IMG/VR virus record: IMGVR_UViG_3300037454_000194
Span: 6,212 to 70,211 of that record
Strand: one strand, 5' to 3'
Length of the DNA stretch: 64,000 nucleotides
DNA from: a virus
Taxonomy: Duplodnaviria > Caudoviricetes
Both the position numbers and the translations under genes were made by a program. This document shows positions 35,927 to 44,581 of this stretch, one piece after another (the first letter of the stretch is position 1; every line of letters starts with the position of its first letter). The notes beneath the pieces were generated by a model. The model was given only the letters and a program-made list of their open reading frames with translations. It searched no databases and was not told the DNA's origin.

Positions 35927-36536
35927 CGAATCTGGTTTCCACATTATATCTGGACAAACAAAAGATGATGAGAACCTTCGTGCTTATATTTGTCCTAATT
36001 GCGGCAATACTGACGAGGAAATTAAAGCATATCATGATAGGGTCGGCTATGTAACAGTAAGATGCTGGGGAGGTTTTGGACGTAAGAAATACCATTACCT
36101 CCCTCATAAGTGCACTTCTTGTGGGTGTAAGTTCGTGGCATGGGAGTCTAGCAAGGAAATTAATGGTGGAGTCGTTGGACTTTTATTTGCTGTTGCATTC
36201 TTTGCAGCCCTTGGGTCAGTACTCATGGCATTGGCTATAACGGTCTGCACTGTACTGGGGTTCACTGTTGGAATGTGCCTGTTTATAATATTGCGTCTAT
36301 GCTGTGCTATTGATGAGTCTACCGATGACGAAGATAAGGGCATGGAATCTATAGAAGATGACATGAGTTTTATGTGCTTTGATGATGATGAGGACGAGGA
36401 TGAAGACTTGACCGATGATTTGCTTTCTCATCTAGCAGATAACACGACGATATCTTCAGACGATTTAAGAGAGGTTTTGAGGGATAGAATCAAATCACAA
36501 ACGGCTTTTATGTCTGATAAGATTTGGAAATTGTGA
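35913..36536 (+). CDS. Zinc-ribbon plus two-TM protein with acidic tail
   Basis: ICPNCGN..HKCTSCGCKF; two hydrophobic segments. Confidence 0.7.
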   Translation: MKARNESGFHIISGQTKDDENLRAYICPNCGNTDEEIKAYHDRVGYVTVRCWGGFGRKKYHYLPHKCTSCGCKFVAWESSKEINGGVVGLLFAVAFFAALGSVLMALAITVCTVLGFTVGMCLFIILRLCCAIDESTDDEDKGMESIEDDMSFMCFDDDEDEDEDLTDDLLSHLADNTTISSDDLREVLRDRIKSQTAFMSDKIWKL

Positions 36537-36553
36537 AAGTGAGGGAAATAACA

Positions 36554-37078
36554 ATGACTGATATTCAGCTGGCAAAGAACGTTATGTATATTTGGGACAA
36601 GGAGTGGCCGCCTAAGGAAGAGTCCCTTATGAGAGATTGCCATCATGGAGGAGGAATCTATGGATACGGTTACTCCTTTGATGATATTATGGAGGAGCTT
36701 CAGAAGGATGAGCCTGATATGGAGATCGTGTTTGATTATATTTTCAACGCGTTCTACTATGAAGTTCTGAAATTCTGTGGTTGCGGGAGCCCTCCTGAGA
36801 TGATGATGGCACTTTTAGACCTTCTGGAGTGCTATACTATTGACGAGGACTACGACCGTTTATCTGTACCCTATTTCGGTTTTACAGGTGAGAAACTCTT
36901 TAAGGAGAAGTTTCGTACAGAAGATCCAAGACTTATGGAATTCATGGTGAAGTATCTAGAAACTCTTGACCTTTGTGAGCACGGTACTTCATGGCATGGT
37001 TCATGGCTCACTTCTAAAGGTATTACTTACAGAGAGCTTTTAAGAAAATGCAAAGAAAGGGAGTTTGAGGATATATGA
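36554..37078 (+). CDS. Conserved phage protein (CGCGxP / EHGxS..WLT motifs)
   Basis: LKFCGCGSP; LCEHGTSWHGSWLTSKG. Confidence 0.7.
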   Translation: MTDIQLAKNVMYIWDKEWPPKEESLMRDCHHGGGIYGYGYSFDDIMEELQKDEPDMEIVFDYIFNAFYYEVLKFCGCGSPPEMMMALLDLLECYTIDEDYDRLSVPYFGFTGEKLFKEKFRTEDPRLMEFMVKYLETLDLCEHGTSWHGSWLTSKGITYRELLRKCKEREFEDI

Positions 37079-37323
37079 GCGATTTCAGCAACCTCATTGA
37101 GGACAGACTAAATGAAATCAACGAAAACATAAAAGATGCAGAAGACGAGAAAGAGTTTTTACTCGCAGTTTTGCACGTTGTAGATTATATTTCTGGAGTA
37201 AATCCTCCTATCAATAAAGACCTTGATGTCATTAGTAATTACGTTACACGAAAAATCGGTGATGCGGAAGACCGTATTAAGCGTAACGAGAAGGCTCGTG
37301 ATATTTGGATGGAAAGGGAGTAA
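37075..37323 (+). CDS. Hypothetical protein
   Basis: RBS GAGGA; coupled start. Confidence 0.7.
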   Translation: MSDFSNLIEDRLNEINENIKDAEDEKEFLLAVLHVVDYISGVNPPINKDLDVISNYVTRKIGDAEDRIKRNEKARDIWMERE

Positions 37324-37327
37324 ATTT

Positions 37328-37594
37328 GTGACTGGATACAAAGAACCGACAAAAGGTTATATTTCGACTACTGTCTTTGATACCAATTACTTTGAGATTG
37401 GTAGGGCGTTTTGTATGAAGAGAAACGTTCCTCCCTGCATGGTTCGTGACGTTCTCATTGCGGGGTTTGACGAAGGGCTGTCTGAGATGATAGTGTTCCT
37501 CTTTGACAAAGGCGAGCTTTCAAAGGACACAATTGATATTAGAGACTACATGGACGGGAAGATCGAGTTTCTGGAGCTCGATACGAAGGAATGA
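37328..37594 (+). CDS. Hypothetical protein
   Basis: RBS AGGGAG, GTG start. Confidence 0.55.
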   Translation: MTGYKEPTKGYISTTVFDTNYFEIGRAFCMKRNVPPCMVRDVLIAGFDEGLSEMIVFLFDKGELSKDTIDIRDYMDGKIEFLELDTKE

Positions 37595-37654
37595 TATTTT
37601 CCTTCGGACTGCATCTCACTTTTTTCGAATAGTCCTACGGACGAGATCTCAATT

Positions 37655-37672
37655 CTTTCAATCTCTATAATG
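37655..37672 (+). promoter_or_regulatory. Phage promoter motif
   Basis: CTTTCA ATCTC TATAAT G, then hairpin. Confidence 0.75.
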
Positions 37673-37719
37673 GATCCGTATGGAAAGCGGGTACTATTGA
37701 TTGAAAGGAGGGAGAACCT

Positions 37720-37965
37720 ATGTGGGATTGGAGTAACAAAATAGCATCCACTGGCATTGAATACTCTCGCTACATTGCTTCCTGGCTCAATGTTGGAGGT
37801 CAGAAAGAAAAGCTTGTCAGATTATACGACACGCAATTCTATAATTGGCTTTTGACTACGGGTCTTGAAGAGATCGAAGCGAAAGAGATTGCCAATATGT
37901 GGACGAATGGAAAACTCGAACTCCAGGAGTCCGCAAAGGCTTTTCTGAAAAAATCGAACAAATAA
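37720..37965 (+). CDS. Conserved small phage protein (cassette gene)
   Basis: Promoter 37655, RBS AAAGGAGG, terminator 37971. Confidence 0.8.
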   Translation: MWDWSNKIASTGIEYSRYIASWLNVGGQKEKLVRLYDTQFYNWLLTTGLEEIEAKEIANMWTNGKLELQESAKAFLKKSNK

Positions 37966-37970
37966 TCCAT

Positions 37971-38004
37971 AAGCGGTAGGGGCTTTTAACAGCTTCTATC
38001 GCTT
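37971..38004 (+). terminator. Cassette 3' hairpin
   Basis: AAGCGGTAGGGGCT/AGCTTCTATCGCTT. Confidence 0.75.
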
Positions 38005-38028
38005 ATATTTTTAAGGAGGTAAATTACA

Positions 38029-38823
38029 ATGGGCGAAAGAATCTCAAAAGAAAATCTTGACAAGATTATTGAAGAACATAAGCATTGGCTTAAAGAAGAC
38101 TGCCCTGATTGGGAAACGAAACGTGCTGATTTACGTGGTGCTAAGTTATATAGTGCTGATTTAAGTGGTGTTAATTTACGTGGTGCTGATTTACGTGATG
38201 CTGATTTATATGGTGCTGATTTACGTGATGCTAAGTTATATAGTGCTGATTTAAGTGGTGCTGATTTACGTTATGCTACGTTATATGGTGCTGATTTACG
38301 TGATGCTGATTTATATGGTGCTAATTTAAGTGGTGTTAATTTACGTGATGCTGATTTACGTGATGCTGATTTATATGGTGTTAATTTACGTGGTGTTAAT
38401 TTACGTGGTGCTGATTTAAGTGGTGCGGATTTACGTGATGCTGATTTATATGGTGTTAAGTTATATTGTGCCAAAAATGTCCCGTTTATTCCAATGGCTT
38501 GCCCTGAAGTTGGTGAGTTCATAGGATGGAAGCAATGCCAATGTGATCTTATTGTAAAACTTAAGATTCCAGAAACCGCAAAAAGGTCATCTGCAACTGG
38601 AAGAAAGTGCCGTTGCAGCGAGGCTATAGTTCTTTCAATAGAAACAATGTCAGGACATGTTTCACAATTTAAAGTCGCGAAGAGTATACATGATGGGGCT
38701 TTCGTATACGAAGTCGGAAAGACTGTAAAAGTAGATGATTTCTGTGAAGATCGTTTTAAAGAGTGTGCACCTGGCATCCATTTCTTTATAAATCGTCAGG
38801 AAGCTGTTGATTATGTATATTAA
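38029..38823 (+). CDS. Pentapeptide-repeat protein with C-terminal DUF5758-like domain
   Basis: About 22 A(D/N)LxG/D pentapeptides; C-terminal KRSSATGRKCRCSEA..FCEDRFKECAPGIHFFINRQEA. Confidence 0.9.
   Translation: MGERISKENLDKIIEEHKHWLKEDCPDWETKRADLRGAKLYSADLSGVNLRGADLRDADLYGADLRDAKLYSADLSGADLRYATLYGADLRDADLYGANLSGVNLRDADLRDADLYGVNLRGVNLRGADLSGADLRDADLYGVKLYCAKNVPFIPMACPEVGEFIGWKQCQCDLIVKLKIPETAKRSSATGRKCRCSEAIVLSIETMSGHVSQFKVAKSIHDGAFVYEVGKTVKVDDFCEDRFKECAPGIHFFINRQEAVDYVY
38125..38465 (+). repeat. 15-bp tandem array encoding the pentapeptide repeats
   Basis: Units such as GCTGATTTACGTGAT, GCTGATTTATATGGT, GCTGATTTAAGTGGT with near-zero synonymous divergence. Confidence 0.9.
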
Positions 38824-38840
38824 CCAGGAGGTAAATAAAA

Positions 38841-39542
38841 ATGGGCGAAAGATTGGTATTTCAGTGTATTAAAAACGAAGAGAAAATCGCGACCTTATAT
38901 TTTCATTGGTCTGCGTACACCATCGAGTGCTATAATGTGGCGAGGGACTTAATCCAGTCTCTTAAGAAGCGCGACTATTCTCCCTCGTGGACTAAGGAGC
39001 AGCTTCAGTGCTGTCTTGCTGATATTTTGTGGGAGGACTTTGTTATCGAAGAGCATGACATGAAGGACTCTAAGGGTAATGTCATCTGTCATGTTAAGGA
39101 TGAGCATGGAGGTATTGACGGAAGTAAAGACGAAAACGGAGAGCTCTACGAATACAAGGCGTTTGATAAACTCGGGTATGATGTTTCTAAGATTGACCTC
39201 AATAAGGTAAGCAGGTCTTGCGGCCTTATCTCTATTACAGAAAGAGGTATGCAAGAATCAGAAGATTTGGCGGAAGCTATCGAAGAATTTAATTTCGATG
39301 AAGAATATTTTACGAATGGAATCTGTTACTGCTGCGGGTGCGATGAAATTGATATGCCCGATGAGGAATACGAGAAGCTTCCTCTTTTTGATCCTCCTGA
39401 AGAACTTTGGGATGTGATTCCTTGGGACAGAGCGGAGGATGCCTTTGCTTGGTTTAAAGAGACGTACCAGGAGGGCGGGCATTATATTTTAGGAAAGGCA
39501 AGCTACGACTATGACGGTCGGGTCGTTTGTGCGGTGATGTGA
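38841..39542 (+). CDS. Conserved hypothetical phage protein (LYFHWSAY motif)
   Basis: RBS AGGAGG; acidic 233 aa. Confidence 0.75.
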   Translation: MGERLVFQCIKNEEKIATLYFHWSAYTIECYNVARDLIQSLKKRDYSPSWTKEQLQCCLADILWEDFVIEEHDMKDSKGNVICHVKDEHGGIDGSKDENGELYEYKAFDKLGYDVSKIDLNKVSRSCGLISITERGMQESEDLAEAIEEFNFDEEYFTNGICYCCGCDEIDMPDEEYEKLPLFDPPEELWDVIPWDRAEDAFAWFKETYQEGGHYILGKASYDYDGRVVCAVM

Positions 39543-39543
39543 G

Positions 39544-39918
39544 ATGAAACATTACGAGATTAACGTAATTCCACCTATTAATAGTGTTGATGCTGTTGAC
39601 GGGTTTGGATGCGTTATTAGACATGCAATGGAGAAGTGGGTTCCTGATGAGATAAACTCTTGCAAGCTTCGTGGGCATGTAGATATTCATGACAAATTCA
39701 AACTCGAGGATCGTGAGCAGTGGTGTATGGATTTCAGAATAGCTATCGAAGTTATCGGCCCTTATATGACTTCTCATGAGACTTTTATAGTAGGCGGCAT
39801 TAGTTCCTGGCCTCTTGTGTGGGATCAGGAGATTGAGAATAAAGTTCGAGACATGCTGCCTGATATTCTCAAATGGACAGAAGAGCATATGAATGACAGG
39901 ATACCTATTAGGTGGTGA
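39544..39918 (+). CDS. Hypothetical protein
   Basis: Follows the upstream stop by 1 nt. Confidence 0.65.
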   Translation: MKHYEINVIPPINSVDAVDGFGCVIRHAMEKWVPDEINSCKLRGHVDIHDKFKLEDREQWCMDFRIAIEVIGPYMTSHETFIVGGISSWPLVWDQEIENKVRDMLPDILKWTEEHMNDRIPIRW

Positions 39919-39920
39919 TA

Positions 39921-39938
39921 TTTTCAGCTCCTATAATG
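39921..39938 (+). promoter_or_regulatory. Phage promoter motif
   Basis: TTTTCA GCTCC TATAAT G, then GGTCGA/TCGGCC. Confidence 0.8.
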
Positions 39939-39974
39939 GTCGAGTGACTATCGGCCAGAAAGGAGGTGATATTT

Positions 39975-40010
39975 ATGTATGTTATTATAGAATCGCATCT
40001 TTCACTATAA
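39975..40010 (+). CDS. 11-codon micro-ORF MYVIIESHLSL in a complete expression cassette
   Basis: Promoter 39921, 5' hairpin, RBS AAAGGAGGTGA, terminator 40031. Confidence 0.45.
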   Translation: MYVIIESHLSL

Positions 40011-40030
40011 AGAAACTTTAAGTCAGAAAA

Positions 40031-40061
40031 GAGAGGTTCTCGATTAATTTCGGGGCCTCTC
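40031..40061 (+). terminator. Cassette 3' hairpin
   Basis: GAGAGGTTCTCGA/TCGGGGCCTCTC. Confidence 0.7.
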
Positions 40062-40075
40062 AATTCTTTCCAATA

Positions 40076-40093
40076 CTTTCAACCCCTATAATG
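40076..40093 (+). promoter_or_regulatory. Phage promoter motif
   Basis: CTTTCA ACCCC TATAAT G, then GGTCATAT/ATGTGACT. Confidence 0.75.
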
Positions 40094-40142
40094 GTCATAT
40101 GATTGGATGTGACTGAAATTATATTTATAGGAGGTACTAGGT

Positions 40143-40541
40143 ATGAAAGACTACAAAGCTTTCGTAATCTGGCGAGATGAGAACGGAGAAGAAGTTAACC
40201 CGACTATGGAACTTCTAGACTCTGAGGAAAGGCTCTATGTGCGGTTTTACAACAAAGCCGTGTCATTACTGAATCCGTGCTACGAAGCGTGGAATCGAAC
40301 ATTCGAACAAGCTCATCCTGATCAAAATGAGGCAGGGTGGCAAGAAGAATATGACGGTACCATCATGGAAAAAGCAAACAGGGTTCTTGAGCGTATGATG
40401 CGGAAAGATGAAGAGGCACATGGAAACAAAATCAAAGTACGAATGATGATATTTCCAGGTGAAGATTCTCCAGAGCTCGTCGGAACAGTAAAGGCTAATG
40501 GTAAGACGTATCTTTGTTCTATAAGAATAAAGAAAGATTAA
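40143..40541 (+). CDS. Hypothetical protein (cassette gene)
   Basis: Promoter 40076, RBS AGGAGG, terminator 40551. Confidence 0.75.
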   Translation: MKDYKAFVIWRDENGEEVNPTMELLDSEERLYVRFYNKAVSLLNPCYEAWNRTFEQAHPDQNEAGWQEEYDGTIMEKANRVLERMMRKDEEAHGNKIKVRMMIFPGEDSPELVGTVKANGKTYLCSIRIKKD

Positions 40542-40550
40542 TCCAATCGA

Positions 40551-40583
40551 AGAAGGCGTTTGAACGTGCATTCAGCGCCTTCT
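40551..40583 (+). terminator. Cassette 3' hairpin
   Basis: AGAAGGCGTTTGAA/TTCAGCGCCTTCT. Confidence 0.7.
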
Positions 40584-40621
40584 ATTTCTGTCTATTATAT
40601 TTTAGTAAAGGAGGTGATTCT

Positions 40622-40810
40622 ATGGAACTTGCATTTGTAGTAGCTAAGGCTCTTGCATATTATCACGCCACTTGTGTTGATATTACAAACTGTCTTGGCC
40701 AACTTCACTTAATATCTGACGAGGAGTGGGAAGAACGTAATAAGAAACACGTGATGGCAGTATTTACGAACCCTGTGATCGAGACGATGCGTAACAAGCA
40801 GAAGAAATGA
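40622..40810 (+). CDS. Small hypothetical protein
   Basis: RBS AAAGGAGGTGA. Confidence 0.65.
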   Translation: MELAFVVAKALAYYHATCVDITNCLGQLHLISDEEWEERNKKHVMAVFTNPVIETMRNKQKK

Positions 40811-40832
40811 GTCTTACACAAAAGCAACAATA

Positions 40833-40850
40833 TTTTCAATCTCTATAATG
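40833..40850 (+). promoter_or_regulatory. Phage promoter motif
   Basis: TTTTCA ATCTC TATAAT G, then GGTCGAG/CTTGACC. Confidence 0.8.
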
Positions 40851-40905
40851 GTCGAGCATGGATGACTTGACCGTCAAATCTTTATATTTTATGGAGGTGT
40901 TCTTT

Positions 40906-41133
40906 ATGAACAAAACTAAGCTTTTTAAGATTGGTGCTAGCATCATCGGTTTGCTGGCAACGGCGGCGATCGGGTATCTTGTAAAGCGTCCTGATATTTC
41001 AGGGCTGAACAAGAGATCTGAAGCAGACGACAGAGGCGATGACTGCTGCACCGAAGGAGAAGGCGACAACAACATTGTTGAGATGCCACCTGAAAATGTT
41101 CCCGAAGAGGAAGAGGACGAGACGGAAGAGTAA
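40906..41133 (+). CDS. Membrane-anchored protein with acidic tail (cassette gene)
   Basis: Promoter 40833, RBS GGAGGTG, terminator 41152. Confidence 0.75.
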   Translation: MNKTKLFKIGASIIGLLATAAIGYLVKRPDISGLNKRSEADDRGDDCCTEGEGDNNIVEMPPENVPEEEEDETEE

Positions 41134-41151
41134 GTTGACTTAACCAGAAGC

Positions 41152-41180
41152 GAGAGGGCTTGAGTAATTCAGGTCCTCTC
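41152..41180 (+). terminator. Cassette 3' hairpin
   Basis: GAGAGGGCTTGA/TCAGGTCCTCTC. Confidence 0.7.
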
Positions 41181-41212
41181 AATTCTTTATATTTTTTAGG
41201 AGGTAATTAACA

Positions 41213-43297
41213 ATGGGTATGATTTTTATGAACTTTCGTAATGCTCTGAGACAGCATTTCGATAATATGTGTGGGAGATCTGCGCGACTCTTTGTGATGG
41301 ACGTGGATAAGGATAAGATGTGGGAGACGTATCTCTCTGCGTTTCCGGAAGGAACTAATCCTATCTTCAAAACTAAAACATGGCATGATTGCTCCTGCTG
41401 CAGACATTTTATCAAGGCTCTCAGTAATGTGGTTGCAATTCATGATGGAGAGATTGAGACTATCTGGGATTTCGATACTAAGAATGACCCCACGTATGAG
41501 CCGGTGAGAGTTGCGATGCGGGAGTTTGTGCTTGCTGGCAAAGTTTCCGGGGTTTATATTTCTTCGGAGAGGGCTATTGGCTGCGAGGTTAACCGTTCTG
41601 TTAACGATGACGGACATATCAACGAATTCTTCCATTTCCGTGTGGATATTCCGAATACATTCTACAGCGCGTCCAATGTTCACAAGAACGAAATCATCTC
41701 GGAGTCCCGCTCTGGCAAAGAAGTCTTTTTAAGAGCTCTTCGTGAGATTGATCTTGAGGCTCTAAATGTTGTTCTTGACCTTATCTCTGAGAACTCTCTT
41801 TACAAAGGTCCTGAATACAGAAAGACACTCGAAGGATTTAAAAGAGAAAAGCTTCAGTTCTTGTCCCTTTCCGACGAGAAGGCAGAAGATATTTTCGCAT
41901 GGGAGAGATCTGTCATTGTGAGTCCTGCAGTTCGTCACATTAAGAACTCTGCTATTGGTACGCTTCTCATGGATATTTCTGGGGGCATGGAACTCGATGA
42001 GGCTGTTCGCAGATACGAGACTATCACAGCTCCTTCTAACTACAAGAGATCAAAGCCTATATTCTCTAAGAAGCAGCTCGAGGATACAAAGAAGACTATC
42101 ACAGAGCTTGGATTCTCTGATAGCCTTGAACGCAGATTTGCAAAAGAATCCGATGTAACTATTAACGATATTCTCTTTGTCGATGCAGACACCGCAAGGG
42201 AACTTAAGGAGCCTGTTGATATTTTCGACACTCTTTCTAAAATGGCAGAGGGAGGGCATAAGGAGAACTTTGACAGGGTAGAGGAGATTTCGCCCGATGC
42301 CTTTGTGGATATTTTGAAATCTGCTTCTGGGGCTGAGGTCTATGTTGAAAACTCTCACTCTAATAATCTTGTATCCCTCATTGCACCTAAGAATTCTGAC
42401 TCTAAATCTCTCTTCAAATGGGGTAACTCCTTTAGCTGGGCGTACACTGGTAACCTCACAGACTCCATGATGAAGGAGAGGGTTAAGGAATTTGGCGGTA
42501 AGGTAGATGGCGATCTTCGGTTCAGCATCCAGTGGAATGAATCCGGAGAGGATAACTGTGACCTTGATGCCCATTGCCTGGAACCTATGAAGTATGGTTG
42601 TTGCTACGAAATCTACTTTGGGTCTGCTAAAAAACCTAATTTCTCTCCGACTAAGGGCCAGCTTGACGTGGATATTATTGAGCCTAATGGCCAGGTGGCA
42701 GTTGAGAATATTACTTGGGAGACTAGGGACACAATGGTTTCTGGCTCTTATAGATTCTTTGTTCATGTATATTCTGGGCAGGCAAAGCATGGTTTCAGAG
42801 CAGAGATTGAGTTCGACGGGAACATTTACTCGTTCGACTATCCTAACAGTATGTGTTATCATCAGAGGGTGGATATTGCAGATGTGATATATGACCATAA
42901 GACTCGAAAATTCACATTGAAGCCTCTTCTGCCCGAATCTCATCAGACAAAGACTATGTGGGGTGTTAAGACTAATAACTTTGTTCCTGTGAGTCTTATT
43001 TGCTATTCTCCGAATCACTGGTCTACTGCTGACGTGAAGAGCGGTCATAAACATCTCTTCTTCATGCTCAAAGGCTGCATGTCCGATGAGACTCCAAGTG
43101 GCATGTTCAATGAGTACCTTTGCGATGAGTTATATTCTCACAGACGTGTTATGGAGGCTCTTTCTGGTCAGATGAGAGTAGAACCGTCCGATAACCAGCT
43201 CTCTGGTCTTGGCTTTGCTCTTGATAAGAGGGGCGAGGTCGTTGTGAGAGTAACAAAGTATGATGGATCCAAGCGGGTTTACAAGATCAAATTCTAA
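41213..43297 (+). CDS. Large conserved phage protein of unknown function (HDCSCC motif; C-terminal DLDAHC/QLDVDII/AVENITW domain, YfaP/TerD-like)
   Basis: 694 aa; motifs read from the translation; RBS AGGAGG. Confidence 0.8.
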   Translation: MGMIFMNFRNALRQHFDNMCGRSARLFVMDVDKDKMWETYLSAFPEGTNPIFKTKTWHDCSCCRHFIKALSNVVAIHDGEIETIWDFDTKNDPTYEPVRVAMREFVLAGKVSGVYISSERAIGCEVNRSVNDDGHINEFFHFRVDIPNTFYSASNVHKNEIISESRSGKEVFLRALREIDLEALNVVLDLISENSLYKGPEYRKTLEGFKREKLQFLSLSDEKAEDIFAWERSVIVSPAVRHIKNSAIGTLLMDISGGMELDEAVRRYETITAPSNYKRSKPIFSKKQLEDTKKTITELGFSDSLERRFAKESDVTINDILFVDADTARELKEPVDIFDTLSKMAEGGHKENFDRVEEISPDAFVDILKSASGAEVYVENSHSNNLVSLIAPKNSDSKSLFKWGNSFSWAYTGNLTDSMMKERVKEFGGKVDGDLRFSIQWNESGEDNCDLDAHCLEPMKYGCCYEIYFGSAKKPNFSPTKGQLDVDIIEPNGQVAVENITWETRDTMVSGSYRFFVHVYSGQAKHGFRAEIEFDGNIYSFDYPNSMCYHQRVDIADVIYDHKTRKFTLKPLLPESHQTKTMWGVKTNNFVPVSLICYSPNHWSTADVKSGHKHLFFMLKGCMSDETPSGMFNEYLCDELYSHRRVMEALSGQMRVEPSDNQLSGLGFALDKRGEVVVRVTKYDGSKRVYKIKF

Positions 43298-43347
43298 TCC
43301 TGCTTGTTTCTCATAAAATCTATTATATTTTCTGGAGGTAATGAAAA

Positions 43348-43746
43348 ATGAAAGTAACCGACAACATCTTTAAGTACGCCCTTGAGCTTCACCTGAGATT
43401 TCCTTACAAGGGCTCTGCATCTGTTGAAGACTTGTTCTTTCTGAATCTTGAGGAGCTTGACTCTATCTATAAGATTTTAAAGAAGCAGGCTCGTGCACTT
43501 GACGAAGAGGGTCTTATCACTGAGAAGGAAGTTGAGGATGATATTCTCTTTGTGAAGATGGAAATTGTCAAAGAGATCTTCCTTGATAAGCAGGCTCAGA
43601 TTGAGAGGGCAAGAAAGCGCCTTGAGAATAAGGAGAAGGAACAGAAGCTCCTCGCGATTCTCAAAGCAAAACAGGACGCGGCTCTTGAGGGTCTTTCTGA
43701 GGAGGAGCTCAAAGCTCAGATTGAGGCTCTGCAGGAAGAAATTTGA
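43348..43746 (+). CDS. Conserved coiled-coil partner of the 41213 protein
   Basis: LRFPYKGSASVEDLFFL..LDSIYKIL..KMEIVKEIF..QDAALEGLSEEEL. Confidence 0.8.
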   Translation: MKVTDNIFKYALELHLRFPYKGSASVEDLFFLNLEELDSIYKILKKQARALDEEGLITEKEVEDDILFVKMEIVKEIFLDKQAQIERARKRLENKEKEQKLLAILKAKQDAALEGLSEEELKAQIEALQEEI

Positions 43747-43758
43747 GGACATGGAATT

Positions 43759-43796
43759 GGTGTGGTGCTCTTGGAATAATCTGAGGGCACCATACT
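43759..43796 (+). terminator. Hairpin closing the 41213-43746 module
   Basis: GGTGTGGTGCTCTT/GAGGGCACCATACT. Confidence 0.65.
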
Positions 43797-43871
43797 GCTT
43801 TATATTTTTAGGAGGTAATTTATAATGTCTAGGCTATTAATGATGAAAACAGGCAGAAAGGGTGATATTTT

Positions 43872-44351
43872 GTGAAGTGTTACGTTACTTGCTATGAAGA
43901 GAAGGCTGGCTACTCTTGCTATCAGGTAATGGCGGAAGAGGAGCAGGCTCTTGCTATTGCTGATATTTACAAGGCTTATAGCAATGATGTGGAAGTCTTA
44001 GAGCTTGATTTGCCCGATTCCCTCCTTAGTGGGGACAAGCTTGAGGCTCTCCTTTCCATGCCTCTTCATTATATTTATTACTTCCGTGAGGATATGGCTG
44101 TAGATGTGAAGAACCTTGGAGTCGATCAGTTACTCTCTTACAAGGGATACGATACCCGCAGGATATTTGCCTTTAGTATCTATGGGGTAGAATACTCTGA
44201 CTCTCTTTCTAAAGTAGTCATCCGTCATGCTGAGAACGAAGATGAGGCTCGGCGCGGCGTTGATGGTATTATTTCGAGCCTTCTTTGGGAGATTGAGAAG
44301 GTCCGTCGTTGTTGTGATAATGGAGCAGAAGAGAAAGGAGGTGATATTTGA
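43872..44351 (+). CDS. Hypothetical protein
   Basis: GTG start, RBS AAAGGGTG. Confidence 0.65.
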   Translation: MKCYVTCYEEKAGYSCYQVMAEEEQALAIADIYKAYSNDVEVLELDLPDSLLSGDKLEALLSMPLHYIYYFREDMAVDVKNLGVDQLLSYKGYDTRRIFAFSIYGVEYSDSLSKVVIRHAENEDEARRGVDGIISSLLWEIEKVRRCCDNGAEEKGGDI

Positions 44352-44578
44352 TGCTGTTTGATGAGGCTATTAAGCTTATGCGAAAGGGTAAGAGGGTTAC
44401 TCGCAAGAAGTGGAATGGGGCTTATATTTTCATTGGCAAGGATGTTGAGAGTCTTGAGGAGCATATCTATTGTGGGACTCGGCATACTGATAGGATTTAT
44501 AAGGTAAGAAACTTTGATGCGAGTGGGATTACTTCTGATGATTGGAGTATCGTGGAGGAAGATAATAAGGAGGAATGA
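44348..44578 (+). CDS. DUF2829 / Tad2-like small protein
   Basis: FDEAIKLMRKGKRVTRKKWNGAYIFI ... SDDWSIVE pattern. Confidence 0.7.
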   Translation: MMLFDEAIKLMRKGKRVTRKKWNGAYIFIGKDVESLEEHIYCGTRHTDRIYKVRNFDASGITSDDWSIVEEDNKEE

Positions 44579-44581
44579 GTT

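Noticed and set aside
42050-43054. 334-aa reverse-strand ORF
   Set aside because: Lies fully antisense to the conserved 41213 gene; no expression signals
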